A DNA stretch of 63,971 nucleotides, filler included, from Phoronis australis (lineage: Eukaryota > Animalia > Phoronida), in the NCBI GenBank assembly GCA_002633005.1. It is 12 parts of 12 records of this genome, joined end to end, with 100 filler letters (N's around TTAATTAATTAA, not from the genome) between each part and the next. Parts side by side here need not be neighbours in the genome. Positions count along the whole stretch, not along the records: positions 30,729 to 44,820 come from NMRA01001259.1; positions 44,921 to 47,446 come from NMRA01003631.1; positions 47,547 to 49,726 come from NMRA01003808.1; positions 49,827 to 52,464 come from NMRA01003537.1; 8 more parts are not named here. The stretch is one strand, 5' to 3'. Below, one piece after another: positions 37,401 to 51,770 of the stretch. A program made the position numbers and the translations under genes. Positions within the stretch are counted from its first letter, which is position 1; the number at the start of each line of letters is the position of its first letter. The notes beneath the pieces are model-generated. The model saw only the letters and a list, made by a program, of their open reading frames with translations. It made no database searches and was not told the DNA's origin.

Positions 37401-38216
37401 AATAAATACTTTGCTTTTTGACTTGGGTACAAGATTTGTCGTTTAAACACACAACCAGGAGACCAAAAAGGAACCGAGTCATTAAATCATGGCAAACGTA
37501 TTGCTCACGGAATCAATTGTTGGTTTCTGATTTACATTTGTATATATCAGAGACCCAAGTAGCAAAGTTCACTAAACGTTCTTTGTCAATCTGAAATAAG
37601 CCCCACACCCATGAATGTCGGACAGCTCTACAAAGTGTCCCAAAATGCTTTCACAATTCAAATGACAATATAATGTTTATTGACTAAGGAACTAGATTGG
37701 TGGTATAAATTTACAAACCGTTGATCAAAAAAAGTTTAAGTCCTTAAATAAATGAAATGAAATTCATTGCTCGTTAGCTTGGAAAAATTGTCTTTGGGCT
37801 TCCTTGATGTTTTTAGTTGTGTTGCGCAATGATTTTTTGTTCTTCGAAACCAAATCGTTTGCTTGCTATTCCCGTGCATACTACACTGACGGGGCACTTC
37901 ATGACTGACGCATCCACGTTAAAAATAAGATTTAACTATGCAGTAGGCCCACACAGAATCTCAGTGATCCACGGGAAATGAATCTGAACTCGAGGCGCTG
38001 AAATACGAACATTTTTGGGACACTCTCTGTATCATTTTCCCTAGCCACCAAAAACTGGACTGTCGTCCGGTTTTCAAAAAGGGATTTTAAAACATCCCCA
38101 AAGGCACTACATCAGGGACCTCGGGACATTACCTTATTAAAAAATCCTTCAAAAATGACCATAATAAAATAAAGCTTTCCTCTCGGGTTGATATAGCTGA
38201 ATTTTTAAGCCTTATT

Positions 38217-38632
38217 GATAACCGTCTAGCAGAGGCACCCCACCACTTTAAAAATTGTGTGACATCTAACAGTTGTGCCACGTACAGTGATGCTGAACAT
38301 CGTGCAATTGGTTTCAAACGGTTACTTGGTGGGTTGATCTAGCTCAACTCGGGTATTTGGGCGTGTCTGGTGGGGCTAACCCACCACTAGATTTGTCTGG
38401 CAGTGTTCATTCGTGATACCTGGGCTCACGGTAAACATTTTGCAACTGGTTTCATGCGGTTACCTCTTGGGTTGATCAAGCTCATTTTTTCCTTGTTTAT
38501 AACCGTCTGGCGGATACTCCTCACCACTGAAATTCTCTGGCAGTGACCAATTTTGATACAGTGGATTGCGTCGCAGGTATACGAGGCAGTTTGAAGTGAT
38601 TACCAGAAAAGTTGATCTAGCTCAATTTTTGA
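38217..38632. repeat. Degenerate ~140-bp tandem repeat, ~3 units
   Basis: Recurring gtct.gc...caccact, tgcaa.tggtttca...ggttac and gttgatc.agctca. Confidence 0.65.
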
Positions 38633-41164
38633 GTGTCATTCTCTTGGGTCCCCTGACCACACCTACCAGAGCGAACCTGCCAGACGGCCATTTCCAAGCA
38701 TGAGGATACCCAATGAGCACTGTGGTACCAAAGAAAATTGGTTACCTTTTCATGCCCAAAAAAAGCTCTGGGATCCAGGTCAAATTCCAAAGTAGGTGGC
38801 ACTCATAAAACTGTTGATAACCCAGTTCACGCTAATCTTATCTTTTCGGTAGACGAACAAGTACTTTGCGAGTATTCCCGTCGTCGGAAATAGGATCTTA
38901 ACAAAAAGTGCTGAACAAACTCCGAATTTTGACCCTTGTCTTTATCTTTTTCACAATTAGTGCGTTTATTTCATTTTAAAATATGGAAACGATAAATAAA
39001 ATTATCATATTGAATTGGGGAAGATAATTATAAATTGATACCAGACACACAGTAAATATGTTGAACAAATAAACTGAATAAATTTCACTCATGAACGAAT
39101 TAATGTTAATTAAATAACAGTAAATAATATGCTACTGTAGTTGGATGAGTAACTAAACTTTTACACAGAATTACAAACATAGGAGATGTCAATGGTGTAA
39201 TCAAGGTAATGATCGATTCCCTTACCGATAATACAAACAAATCATTTATTGTGTTCGTTTGGTATTACGTCGTGTCCACATGGTGTTGGGGGTGAATTTC
39301 TGTTTTTGTATTATTAAGACTACGCTGTACAGATATTTTATAGCCAAAATAGATAAGGCAATATCAATGGTCTAAATTTTGAAGACAATATCCACACCGG
39401 CCAACCCGAGGCATCGCTTAAGGCGAAGGTGATTTGTATGTCATTTTGGCAAGCTGCAGTTATTTTTTGGCACTAAATCAATAAATTGACCATGAAGTTA
39501 TGAAGAAATGATGTGTGAAAACATAACACAACGCTTGCTTCTTGTAGTTTTGTCATGATCTCTCATTTTTCGACACTTTTCTGTTGAAAGACGCGATCGA
39601 GAACGCAAACATAAACTATCGGGAACGCAAATTTGAGTATTGTTTATGCGATCGGGAACGCATCGTGGAATGTCGAACGACAATGAACTTTTTACTTATA
39701 AAACGTGAAAAGGGTTATTAGTATGGTGCAATGAATTAATCACATTTTGCGTCATTACTGTGTTACTTTCGTATCAAAACTAAACAATATCATAGCATTA
39801 AATCGCCATGAGCTGACTACATGTACATCAAGCACTTTTTTAGTTTCAGATATTTTCAGAAATGAATTTATTTTCTTTTCAAGAAACAAGTTCACTGTTA
39901 TTGTTGTGAGGCGATCTTCAAGGAACATGTTAATCGCGGCGTGAAAGTACACCCTGCCAGGGTTTTGAAATACAGACATATACTTTTAGACGGAACCAAG
40001 GGGCTCTAAACTAAGACTCACTCAGCAATTGTTCCATGTGGCGCGTAAGCCAGGAGTAGACAAATTGTTGCTGCATATGAAAGCGAGTGTCGAATCTTTT
40101 TACAAAATTAAATTGTGGCAGCAAAAGGAAAAAACCACGTTAGTGAAGTCAAAGAATGATGATGAGCTTGCCCATGGGGAGAGAGAGTAGTGCTGCAACA
40201 CCATTCAGGAGATGACTCAAAGATTGCCGCTCATGAACGTCTGGGATTTAAAAAATTGCTAAAGTTGTGTTAGCTATTTTGCTAATAAAATGGGTGGGAT
40301 TTCGTTTGATGTTTCCACTGATATTATTGATGCATAGATGAACAGATTGACTTGTGGCACTGGTGTGGCTTGGATATACAACGTATGGTACATTTTGTTT
40401 GACTCTGTTTTGTAGTCTTGGCCCTGAGTTTTATCTTCAGTTCATGATCTCCAGTTTAATGTGACATTGAAAAAGAGTGAGACGAGTAATAATACACCTA
40501 CTATATTGTGATTTTCTCAAAAACGTAGTTAAAATGTTGTCTTTAACATCACTTCAAGACACCATGTAGTGATTACACAGGAAATCAACAACAATATTAA
40601 AGCAATTCTATAATAGTTAATCTTTTATCACACATACCTTAAAATTGATCATACAGAAAAAAGATGTGAAATATTGCTTTAGGGAAATCAAGATTACAAA
40701 TCCATTGTACATTTCCTGCGAATTATTTTTGAAATGTTTTATACTAAATAATCACTGAATCATAAAAAATCGGACTGGTTGATAGTATAAAATTCTCTCA
40801 CAAGGATCAGCAACAATATCAAAGCAATTCCTACAATAATCGCAAACATATAGTTTTCCTTTAAAATACTAATTGGTTATAACAATTGTATAAAAGTGTC
40901 ACTCAGTGACATATAGTGTGACCACTTAAATATGTCCAAAGGCTATAAAGTTGCACTGGTTTGCTCTGTTGAAATAACACAAATACAGAAAGAAACTTCA
41001 GGAAAAAGGATTAAAACAAAACGTCAAAATACTATCACATCAGACAACTACCAACCATTAACTCTGTAAATCTGAATAAAGTTTAGCGACTTAACAATTT
41101 GACTACTTGACTTAATGATTTCATTCATGGCGCTTCTGGTTCTCATGCCTGTGGAAGAGGGCAA

Positions 41165-41445
41165 GAAAAAGGCGTGCACTCAGGCTCACTCTTTCTGTGA
41201 AACATTGATCGTAGATAGGACCCTGAATCAATTTGATTCCCGAGCACTATGCTTCATGTTGTGTTTTCTTATGTGGGCAAAAAATCCTGCCCCATGCAAC
41301 ACGTCAATCACAGGGGTGGTAAAGGTTTTGCTTGCTGCTGAGTGTCACTATGTTTTATTGACGTGTGGTTATACAAAGAAGGTTTCTTCCTGAACGAAGC
41401 TCCACAACATAATATGCATACAGAGTCTTTTGCCACATGCAGCAG
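41165..41445 (-). pseudogene. Decayed C2H2 zinc-finger array
   Basis: Minus strand CILCCGASFRKKPSLYNHTSIKH, then broken fingers (FAHIRKH..KH; IQGPIYDQCFTERVSLSA) with stops and frameshifts. Confidence 0.4.
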
Positions 41446-42199
41446 TTGTGCTACTCTTTTTTGAAGGCGTGCACATCAACACTCTAAGGACTCGTAGTGT
41501 TCAGTTCAACTGAAAAAATAAATACATTTAATCATATTTGTTAGGCTAAATCTCACACAGAAATCATGAAAAACGATGAAAGTATAATGAACAATCGTCC
41601 TGTCAACTAATTCATTGTCCGTATTATTCTACAATTATTGATATAACATCGTGACTTCAACGATTATTTAGGAGAATGCAAACGCCAGGTTCAACAACGA
41701 TTTCAATTAAGTTGATTCCTTATCCGTATTGCCCATTGTTATCAATATCAAATCGTGGTTAAATTGAATATACATATATGTTCTTCATTTCTAACGTACA
41801 GTTTCATTGACGTAATATTTTTGAGAAATGAGCACCGGTAGGTTTTACTCTAGTGTTCCCCGTATAATCGACTACACGTACGTCTTACCCGATGAAGGTG
41901 TATTTTCATATCCCAACACATGTATGAGCGTTGTCTGACATAAAGTTGGTAATTCTGACTGATGCAACCGGGCAAAGTGAATGACTAATTTTTCGCGGCT
42001 TGACATGTTGCACATGTGAGCAACTTTACATTCATTGCCATGTAATCTATCCGAATTTGTCTCCACGTGAGTTCAGTTTTTTAGGCTATTATCGAAACAA
42101 GAAAAAACAAATACTTGGGCACGACATCTAATATGAGTAACTTAAAGGTATATTTCGCTCATTTTATCTTTAATTGCTTTTTTTGAGTAGAGGCCAAGC

Positions 42200-42393
42200 G
42201 TTATGACTATGCCATGGGCCCCAAGCTATGACTATGCCACGGGCCCCGCGCTATGACTATGCCACGGGCCCCCGCTATGACTATGCCACGGGCCCCGCGC
42301 TATGACTAGGCCACGGGCCCCACGCTATGATTATGCCACGGGTCCTGCGCTATGACTATGCCACGGCCCCGCGCTATGACTATGCCACGGGCC
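42200..42393. repeat. 25-bp minisatellite (GCTATGACTATGCCACGGGCCCCGC) x8
   Basis: Directly visible; no unique spacers, so not CRISPR. Confidence 0.95.
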
Positions 42394-43716
42394 TCTCAGT
42401 GATAGCTGAATCCACCAATACGTCAGCTGGAAAGAAATGCCTTTCATGTTGAACAGGTAATCAGCTGAGTTTGAAGTCCTATCAGGAATGAACCACGGGG
42501 CTTTTTGATCTTTGCACTGGTGTCATCATAGATAAAAAATAATCTATGGTGTCGTGTTGGTGCCGATCACGTGTTATCAGCCTTGTGACAAGAGCAATGT
42601 TCACTGTACAAATCGTGGAAAGATATGCACTGTGGTTTAACCAATGACAGCGCGCATTTGTAACAGTAGACACGTCACTTTCATTTCAAAATTCGCGGAA
42701 AGATAAAGGAGACTTCAGAATGGTTTTAAAATAATAAATTACATTATTATCTAGTTGGCAATGACTAGATACAGTGAAAATGCGACTGCAGGAATGTAAA
42801 AGACCACAAGAGCGTTTTATCAGATAAAAGCGTCAGTTTTTCGATATATCTAGACCTTAATATCCCTCCAAGTCGAGCCAACCTGTCGAACGCGGTCTCA
42901 AGAAACTGTACATGTACATTCTTCCCAAGAAGCTCAGAAATCAATTTTAATTTCAGTTGAGTCAGTATATAACAGTGGGTAATCTGTATCGAGTTTTTGG
43001 AAGACAGATTGTTGAACTGAAGTACTGCAATTTTGCAGATTCACAAAAACTTGGTAATAAACGTTAACCAAGGGGAAGTGTTTGATTCTTGCACTGTATT
43101 TCAAAACACTTCTGGGTACAAACTGGGACACTTCTTTAGACTCCACTTGGTGGGGACTGCATTGTAAACTTACTTACTCCCGTTTAGTCAGTAGTCCAGG
43201 CGAAACCGGTTTTCATATTCTTGTCATCAATTTTACTTTTGTAAAGCGCCATGTTCGTTCTTTTTTGTTATGTCACGAGGCAATCGCCTGCTGAGTGAAT
43301 ACACATCAAAACTGTTGTCAAGAAATAAAAAACACATCTCAGCGTTTTGGCTACCATACTTCTTCTGCATAACAAGGATTCTACACTAACCTTTAACGAG
43401 AAATTCAACTTCAGAAGCCGAACACGAGCAGTTTCTGTCACGGATATTTCAATTCATATCGGTCAGTATTTCATTTCCCTCCATACATCATTAATTTAAT
43501 AATTCCTCTGTACCACACAATAGTTGCTTAGATCAACTTTTGAGATATCAAAGGCAGACGGCGACACCTAGTGATGTAGAGAAGCAATGACGAACGTCAA
43601 CAACCATCGGATGTCCATATAGTCTGAAAACTTTGATTGAATCCAATCAGCTATTTCTGAGTGAAATGTTCCGAAGCATGGTTAGTGAAATGTGGGAATT
43701 TTCATGAAGTTACTGG

Positions 43717-43869
43717 CAGTGGCGGATTTAGGGAGGGGGGGCGAGGGGGCCATGGCGCCCCATGAAATTCTCCCGGATTCGATTTGCCAGTTCGGGGGTG
43801 CGAGTGTCTGACGGACAAAATCCTGGCAAATACTCTGCCCTGACCCCCCAAACTCAAAATCCGCCCCTG
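43717..43869 (+). mobile_element. ~150-bp MITE, copy A, 5-bp TSD ACTGG
   Basis: TIR CAGTGGCGGATTT...AAATCCGCCCCTG; ACTGG at 43712-43716 and 43870-43874. Confidence 0.9.
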
Positions 43870-44920
43870 ACTGGTTACCTTATATGGAAAGGATTCTGAG
43901 CTGGCCACTACATTGCCTGTATGGGTAAATGTAGTACCAATCTGAATCGGCTAAATACGGCTATGTTATTATAGATACATGTAGTTTGTCCCGTGTAGAC
44001 AGCGCATACACTATAGTCGGCCAACATTCCTGGGCAAACTACTGGTCTTGGTGCACTGGATGACTTGCAATTTCACGCCCGTTGTCCTCTGAAATCTATT
44101 ATTGCGTTGAGGACCCTCTTGGAAAGCAATGCTATCACTGAAGAAGCCACCCTCATTTTAAATATCATAATAAATAAATAAATAAATAAATAAATATTAT
44201 ATATTAATTTTAAAATGCTTCACTTTTGCGTAAGAATGGAAATAGATTATTCAGACAACTACAACACGGTTTAACATTGATATCAAATGCAAAATAACCA
44301 TGTCATTATGTATTAGTACATCACATTACAACAGCGATGTTTGCGTCTGCGATAAATGAATAAATAAGAATGGATAAATAAATAAATAAAATGAGTAGAT
44401 AAATAAGAATAAGTAAATAAATTGAAGTAACAATCAAACAAGTTCTCGTCCATGTCGGTATCTACCATGTTTTTCCAGTACGTTATGGTGCGACGTGTAA
44501 AACAAAAAACTCAAGTTCCTTGGTAGTGTAACGGGGGCGGTATCTACGACCAAGGCGCCCCGATTTTACGAGCCCGGTGCGGACTGAGGGTGATATTGAA
44601 AACGAAAAGTTGGTGAATAATACATAGGTTTATTGTAAGAATATATAACTACAATATTTCACACTTACAAGCAATCCAGTTGTTCCATGATTTAGTATCG
44701 CAGCGTTGTGATTTATACAGTTCTGATACACGGGCAAGCCAGTCGCTGATTAATAGTTGTGTGTGCAAGAACGGGGCAATTTGGTTATTCAGATCCGAAA
44801 GGTGAGATGCAATCAAGCTCNNNNNNNNNNNNNNNNNNNNNNNNNNNNNNNNNNNNNNNNNNNNTTAATTAATTAANNNNNNNNNNNNNNNNNNNNNNNN
44901 NNNNNNNNNNNNNNNNNNNN

Positions 44921-44990
44921 GTGTGTGTGTGTGTATGCGTGTGTGCGTGCTTGTGTGCGCCTGTGCGTATGCGTGTGCGTGTGTGTGTGC
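44921..44990. repeat. (GT)n/(GTGC)n microsatellite
   Basis: Directly visible at scaffold start. Confidence 0.95.
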
Positions 44991-47900
44991 ATTGTAAACA
45001 TGGCACCGATAATGGCCAAAACCTTTGTTATAAGTTTTCGCAAAACTGTTTCACGATCAGAAAAGCCCCGAATCAAATTTGATTACAACTGTTATTCAAG
45101 CATAACATCCAAATGGCCACTTTGTAAAAATCCAATGTTCCAGTTGGAGACTTGTGCCAGGTTGCAGGATACAGTAGTAGTGGGTATACTCAACTATGGT
45201 CCTTCAATTTTCAACGCATCTGTAGATTTTGTTTACTCACCAATGTTAATATTTTCCCACCACTTTATCTTTATTGTGAACTCCTCCTCGCTGACTTGTG
45301 ACATTTTCTATTGACACCTTACCGGAAAACATCTTCTATGTCAATTAAAACAAAAAATGATTAATTTAAGTCTCTAAATTAGGCACGATGCACGGACATG
45401 TCCATTTTACTTTCAATCATATTGATAATTCAACGTGGAGTTAAGTCTCGTTGTGTATCACAGCTAAAACGTGACGTTGCAGTGGAGTTAAAATAACATA
45501 AAAAAGGGGCTCTCCACAAACGGGCAGGAATGTTAGGGAACACGGTTTCACTATTGTTACTGCTTCGTGCAACTGGACAATGAGAACTTCAACATTGGCG
45601 ATGACACGTCCTAATGAGTACAAAGACTCTAGATAGCACAGAACAATACAATCTCCGTGTATATTTCGAGAAAGATCAACGCCACTAAACTATGAAAACC
45701 AAGTGCCAGACGTGTACTTACAGTGTAAAAGGATACTTTACTCTGTTCTGGCCTATTGACAGATACATGTACTAAAACCAATGTTCCCGTCCTGCTCTCT
45801 GAAACAAGATAATGGTTTGTAACCCTCGAAAATAAACCCTCAGAAGTTTGGAGGAAATTTTCTTTTCGATATCCTTTCAAAGTCTGCTCAACATGCGCTT
45901 TTAGTGAATTACACGGCAACTGTGGGAAAAGACCGCCTACCATGGACCATAATATCCAGTTTGTGAGATAGATAGGATGTCATTAGTTGATTCATGTCTT
46001 TAACTTACATGCTTAAAGCCAATGTTGCATTAACAAGGGGCAGAACGAGGCTTGGATGACATCACCAAAAGAGGGCGTGGTATCCTTTAAAAAAACCCTT
46101 TCCGTTACATTCTCCAATTTGATTAGTTTCGAAAGTTGGTATTAAAATGTGAATATTTTGTATCAGCTTTCTACATGTATGTCTTTGCCTAGTTTCCTCT
46201 TATGTTTTTATTGTTTTTGCTAAAATGTTGGCGGTGTTTCCATGGACACCTCATTACAAACATATATGACGCCAGTTGAGTGAGTTCCAGAAATGCATGG
46301 GTCAGCTGTCACTCTTTACGACGGCCATTCTACAATAATAAAAATTAAACTAGACAGTTCATATTAAATTTAAAAGTATTTGGAGTAATGTTTTGAATGA
46401 TCATTATCTAGGATTTAGTTTCGACTGATGTTACTTCCATTAAAATCCGCTTTATGAAATTTTTAACTAAAATGAAGCAGAGTATTTTTAGGGAGTTCGA
46501 CAAGTTTGCCAAAAACTGTAAACCAATCGCTATTTTGCGTCACTAATTTATAAAACATTTGAATGAGAAGTTTATTTCAAATAACATAAAATTTAGTTTG
46601 AACATGTTGAAATTAAGTTGAGTGTTTTATTTTTGGCGTTAAAAACGTATGCCATAAGGTTTCGCAATGACGTCATACTAACGAATAGGCAGCTCTAAGT
46701 GAAGATATTAGATATGTCTAAATTCAAACAAAAATTTTCAGTTGATTAAAAAAATCTGGTCCAATACTGATGAACTTAACAATTTCATAATTCCAACGAC
46801 ATAACATCATGATCATTTAATGAAATGCAGCGGTGTAATCCAGATTTTGAAATGGGCGCGCTTTTTAAATAGTCAAATTGTGCATTCTAACGTGAACTGT
46901 AAATGCTGAAATAGGTCAACAAGGAAGTCGATGACCCCATGTATTTTTTGTTTTTGTTTTTATAGAAAATGCGTTATGCATCAAAGTAAAACGCAAAATT
47001 CAAGCATCAATGACGTACGTTTTGTGCAGAAGCCAAAACGCTAAAATTTTAGGTATTCAAAAAGTTTAGCACTTCGCTGTCGTAAGAAAATCAGTAAACC
47101 GAGAACTAGATGTCATGGGCGGCGCGGCACTGAAATAAGTAAGGGCTTCAGCCCCCCCCCCCCCCCCNCGCGCCGCCCGTGCCTATGGGCCGCCCAGCAC
47201 TGAAATAAGGGGGGAACTGTAGCCACCCCAGTCCCCCTATGGTATGCTGCCCATGCATGTATAATTGGCAAACAATAAAACAAAAATCGTACCTAGAAAT
47301 TAAACCATTTTCAAAAGAATTTCAGACATCAATTTAAATAGAAGCTTTTTCCACATGTTTGCAAGAGATACCTTTATTTAGACGGCTGTAACAGAAAAAG
47401 AGATAATTTGGTGACATCTTCATTTTTCCAAATCTGCAATTGGTAANNNNNNNNNNNNNNNNNNNNNNNNNNNNNNNNNNNNNNNNNNNNTTAATTAATT
47501 AANNNNNNNNNNNNNNNNNNNNNNNNNNNNNNNNNNNNNNNNNNNNTGAGTTGCAAATTTCATTTTCTTACTAACCTGACATGAGTCTTTATGACCATCA
47601 ATGTCAAACTTTGTCACCAGTTTTTCAAGTCTGATTTTTTGCCGTTCAAAAAATGCCGTTTTACTGACATGAAAAAATGCAACTTATGACTTTATAGCCA
47701 AATAGGTCATGTCTCGGTAACCAAAGGTCATTGAGTGCAAATATTGCAGCAGTGTACTTTGGGGCAGCATTCCAACACATGCACAAAGTATTAGTTCTGT
47801 ATGAATTTTTGAGTATATAGTGATTTTTCATTTCCATATGGTTTTTATATGGAATCATTCTTAAGCTCGTTTTGAACTCAACGAGTTGACCCTTGGTTTC

Positions 47901-48878
47901 TTTAGGGTATTTATTGTTACTTGGCTATCTGAAAAGATGGTAATTAGCTGATTGCCCAGCTCGGTGTTATATTGTCGTGCCAGTTGAGCAGCTCTGTTAT
48001 AATTGCAGTGATCTGAGCCTGGAACACCAATATGGTGAAAGTACAATTAGATAACAAAATTTTCGCCGTTAAAACATCAAATCCGCCGGGGCTGGATCTC
48101 GCAATTTTGAGGCGAGGGTTTGCTGAACCCGGTAGTGGTGCCTTTACGTTGTGCCAACGGCATTTTTTATCTTATGGCTTCAGAGAGAGGGTCCGGGTTT
48201 AAATCTCTGATTCGCTACTGCTGCTATATATAGTCAACGTGTAAAAGTTTGGGTGTATAAGCCAAGCAGAACTGCAGTCCGAGTTCATTGACCTGGGACA
48301 ACTATCAGCACTTTTTTGAACCAAAAGAAAGACTTGTTTAGCACTTGGCTCTGATCTAAGTAAGTCTACTGAGGATGTCATCAGAGATAGGATGCTATAG
48401 CACTGAAAGGGGTGCCAGTTACAATTTACGGCTTTATATCTTTCCTGTACAAACATCAGCAGCAACGACGTAAACTGAAAAAGATACGCATGCACATGCA
48501 ACCAAGTTGCAAGTAACTGAGTTAGTTCTTGTTAGAGGCGTAAAGTGATTACTTTACGCCGCAAATGATTACTTTACGCCTCTAAGAAGAATAAATTTAC
48601 GCAAACACATAATTTACGTACGTATATTCACCCATTTGGCCATTTGTCAGGTACGGTGTGACCTGTAACGTTGTGTATGGTATTTAAGGATTAGCTATTG
48701 TTCCAGGTTGCTGAGCCGGACTCGTGCTTCGAACGTTCACTTATATCTTAATTGTGTTGTGGAGGTAGTTGTGTGAGGTGAAATGCCACTGGGCAAACAG
48801 AAGGGGGGGTGGGCTCAAACGAGCCCTCTAATTAAGCGAATTGGGCAAAAAGGTACGCCTAAAACAAAACGTCCGAGT

Positions 48879-49305
48879 AAACGAAAGAAAAGTCCACAAA
48901 GACCACAGGAATTCTGTGTGGATGCACAATTCGTAGGCCTGAACCTAATGGCCCGTTTTTTTTTAGCTCGTTGGATTTTGTCAGAAAAAAATCGATCCCC
49001 CCTATATTTTAGGCTGGGTACGCGCATGCGTTATTAATATTCAATAGTAAAGATAGGCATAGCTGGTTGGCATGTCGTGAACACATCCACTACCACANAA
49101 AGTCCACAAAGACCACAGGAATTCTGTGTGGATGCACAATTCGTAGGCCTGAACCTAATGGCCCGCTTTTTTTAGCTCGTTGGATTTTGTCAGAAAAAAA
49201 TCGATCCCCCCTATATTTTAGGCTGGGTGCGCGCATGCGTTATTAATATTCAATAGTAAAGATAGGCATAGCTGGTTGGCATGTCGTGAACACATCCACT
49301 ACCAC
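48879..49305. repeat. ~210-bp direct duplication across a single N (49098); probable assembly overlap
   Basis: aaagtccacaaagaccacagg...cacatccactaccaca occurs twice, nearly identical. Confidence 0.85.
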
Positions 49306-49726
49306 AAGAAACTGTAGGAACACCGCATTTATCCACCTTCACTCTTATCAGGCTTCTATTGTGAGTCAGCATGAGTGAATAATTGGCTGATAAGCCACCT
49401 ATGGAACTACTTTTGGCTGAATGGGTGACCAGGCCACAAAATGATAATTAGCCAAGACCAGTTAACTAATGCAACAAAGAATAATGTCGTAGCATCACCT
49501 AGCCTTGTTAGAAAGCTGTATACTGTATTGGCTCTAATAAACGGGGAGGGGACGCTTATTGTAGCCTAACGCAGTTGAAACCCGGTTTCCGAAACGGGTA
49601 AAATCGATAGGATTCATCAAAGTTGCGCTCTGTGACGTATTTGTAGCCTGTGACAGTCTTTCTGCAAAATTTTGGTGCATTGCTATCAACTCCGTTGTTA
49701 AATTACGATCATTTTTCAAAAAATTG
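49280..49726 (+). mobile_element. Interspersed repeat, unclassified (reverse copy at ~58825-59310)
   Basis: gtcgtgaacacatccact...gaaacccggtttcc...atttttcaaaaaattg is the reverse complement of 58825-59310. Confidence 0.85.
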
Positions 49727-50383
49727 NNNNNNNNNNNNNNNNNNNNNNNNNNNNNNNNNNNNNNNNNNNNTTAATTAATTAANNNNNNNNNNNNNNNNNN
49801 NNNNNNNNNNNNNNNNNNNNNNNNNNGCTTAATTCGATGACTCAATTTTCTGAAGAAAAGTTACAGATTAGTATGTGAAAATGTAGTAACCATTGGGTGC
49901 TATGACGTAGTAACCATCGGGTGCTTATGACAAGCTTGCTATGCCAATTTTTTTTCTTTTTAGACTGGCGCAGACGAATGAGCGGTGCTATAGGACGGAA
50001 AGCGAGCCCCCAGAGAGCAGAGAATGGGGAGAGAATCAGTCACTGCTAACCACCGATTACGAAGGAGGAACAGAGGCAGGTGCCGTGCTTGAACCTTGGC
50101 TCGCGAAATTTCCGTGGCATGCATGAACGTTGAATTTCTTTTGAGACACTTCACAAATTGGTGGGTGTGTTTCCTGGTGACAGTGTGTTGGTGGATTTTC
50201 ATCCGCTTTGTTTAATTGTCAGCAGCTGGTTTTGTGAGTGGGAGTTGGCATCAGGTTGTACCGCAGACATTCTGGGTTGTGAATTGCTAGTTTTCTACCA
50301 TAGAGTAAGGTTAAAGAAACCCGTGCCCTATGTTGTCATGGGTCAGTGGATTTTTACTTGCACACAGTTCATTACGGTTTTAA

Positions 50384-50640
50384 CATGTTTTTATTCGAAA
50401 TGAGCTTTTATCATCAAAAAAAAATATCATAAAAATACAGTTTTATTACAGGTGTCCCTGAGGATTTGAGAAAAGGTAATTGTCACTGGCCTTGGGTACG
50501 TTCAAATGGATGTGGGTGTACCCAGAACCAGGTGACAGTTACTCTATCTCGAATCACCTGGGACACCTGAAATAGAACTCGATTTTTAAATTTATTTTCA
50601 TTTTGATGATAAAAGTCCATTATAAATAATAAAATGTTTT
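50384..50640. mobile_element. ~255-bp imperfect palindrome (hairpin MITE)
   Basis: cttttatcatcaaaa/ttttgatgataaaag, caggtgtccc/gggacacctg and tgggtac/gtaccca pair symmetrically around ~50512. Confidence 0.8.
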
Positions 50641-51456
50641 ATGTAGTATCCTAGAAAATGTACAGATTTTGGAACATCATATCTTAGAAATTGCTGATCA
50701 ATTACTATAAAACCTACACTCACTATGCACTGTTTTCTAAGACACTGTTAGAAACTGATTTCAAAATCAAGATTGTTGATCATGTCAAAAACAAGGTACA
50801 GTACGTTTTTCGCATGCCAACGCCTGATCTGTCAGTACATCGAGGGTCATTTCTGAATAGTAAATGGGCTGTATCCCTCTCGTGGGTTCTTCAGTTCTAA
50901 ATTTCCGTAGTTCATGACTCAGTTTGTTTCAGGTTGGTATACTGTTGATTCTTAACGTTTTAGGTTTGAAACCTAAGTTTATACAAGACAACATCCACAT
51001 TGCTTAGTTGTAGAAAAAAACGGAATTGCTCAGGTATGTGCGTCACCACAAAATTGGTCCGTTGTGAGAGGATCTATTTTGGAAGAATTTGAAAGAGACT
51101 AGAATGTTTGTCCCTGTGTTTCATTAAAACGCCCGGCTGATATGGGCTATTGACTTTGTTGTGGGTTCTTGAGCAGACCGTATAATTGAACCCCTTGGAT
51201 AACTTGCACTGCCCATTGCTTTTGTGTCACTAACTAAACTCTGTCGAGAGAAATGACATTATATTATCGTATATTTATCAACTATTGGCCAGAGATTTAT
51301 TGTGTAGATGTAATTTCATAGAATTATATTTTTATGACAACCAGTTTGTGATATTATAAGCGCTATTATTGATACCTTGTAAATAGGTCAAAAGTTCATT
51401 ATAATTGTCTTTCACACATTTGTACTTAAAGCCCTGCAGTCTTCTCAGCAGGCCTG

Positions 51457-51770
51457 GTGTCTGTTTTATGAAAAGTGACCTAAAACTTAAGATAGAAATT
51501 TCGTCTCACGCTCCACGCAGCTATTTCTGAAAAATATGTAAATTTCTCCCAGTCAATCAAAATTGCAAAGTCTCTGAAAATATGCGCATAACTGCTAGTT
51601 TCTAAGGTAATTTCTGTTAATTATTTCTAGACTGGTATGCGCTCATAACTGCTTGGCTAAACTTTTATTCACTTACTGTTAAGTGTAATCGTAAGACCAA
51701 ATAAATGGGAGTCTGAGACCAAATTTCCGTCTTAAGTCTTTAGTCTTTAGTCTTTTCATGAAACAGTCCT
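51457..51770. mobile_element. PIF/Harbinger-type MITE, CTG TSD
   Basis: ctg-gtgtctgttttatgaaaag...cttaagatagaaattt / aaatttccgtcttaag...cttttcatgaaacagtcct-ctg; related copy at 62527-63007. Confidence 0.7.

Noticed and set aside
42200-42393. CRISPR-like array (also 21923, 30553, 53078)
   Set aside because: Head-to-tail units with no unique spacers, no cas genes, eukaryotic context
44526-44820. TGTAAC start as an LTR end
   Set aside because: Truncated by the linker; no second LTR, PBS, PPT or internal domains
49964-50126. Possible terminal exon after a tttag acceptor
   Set aside because: No homology recognised and the frame is ambiguous
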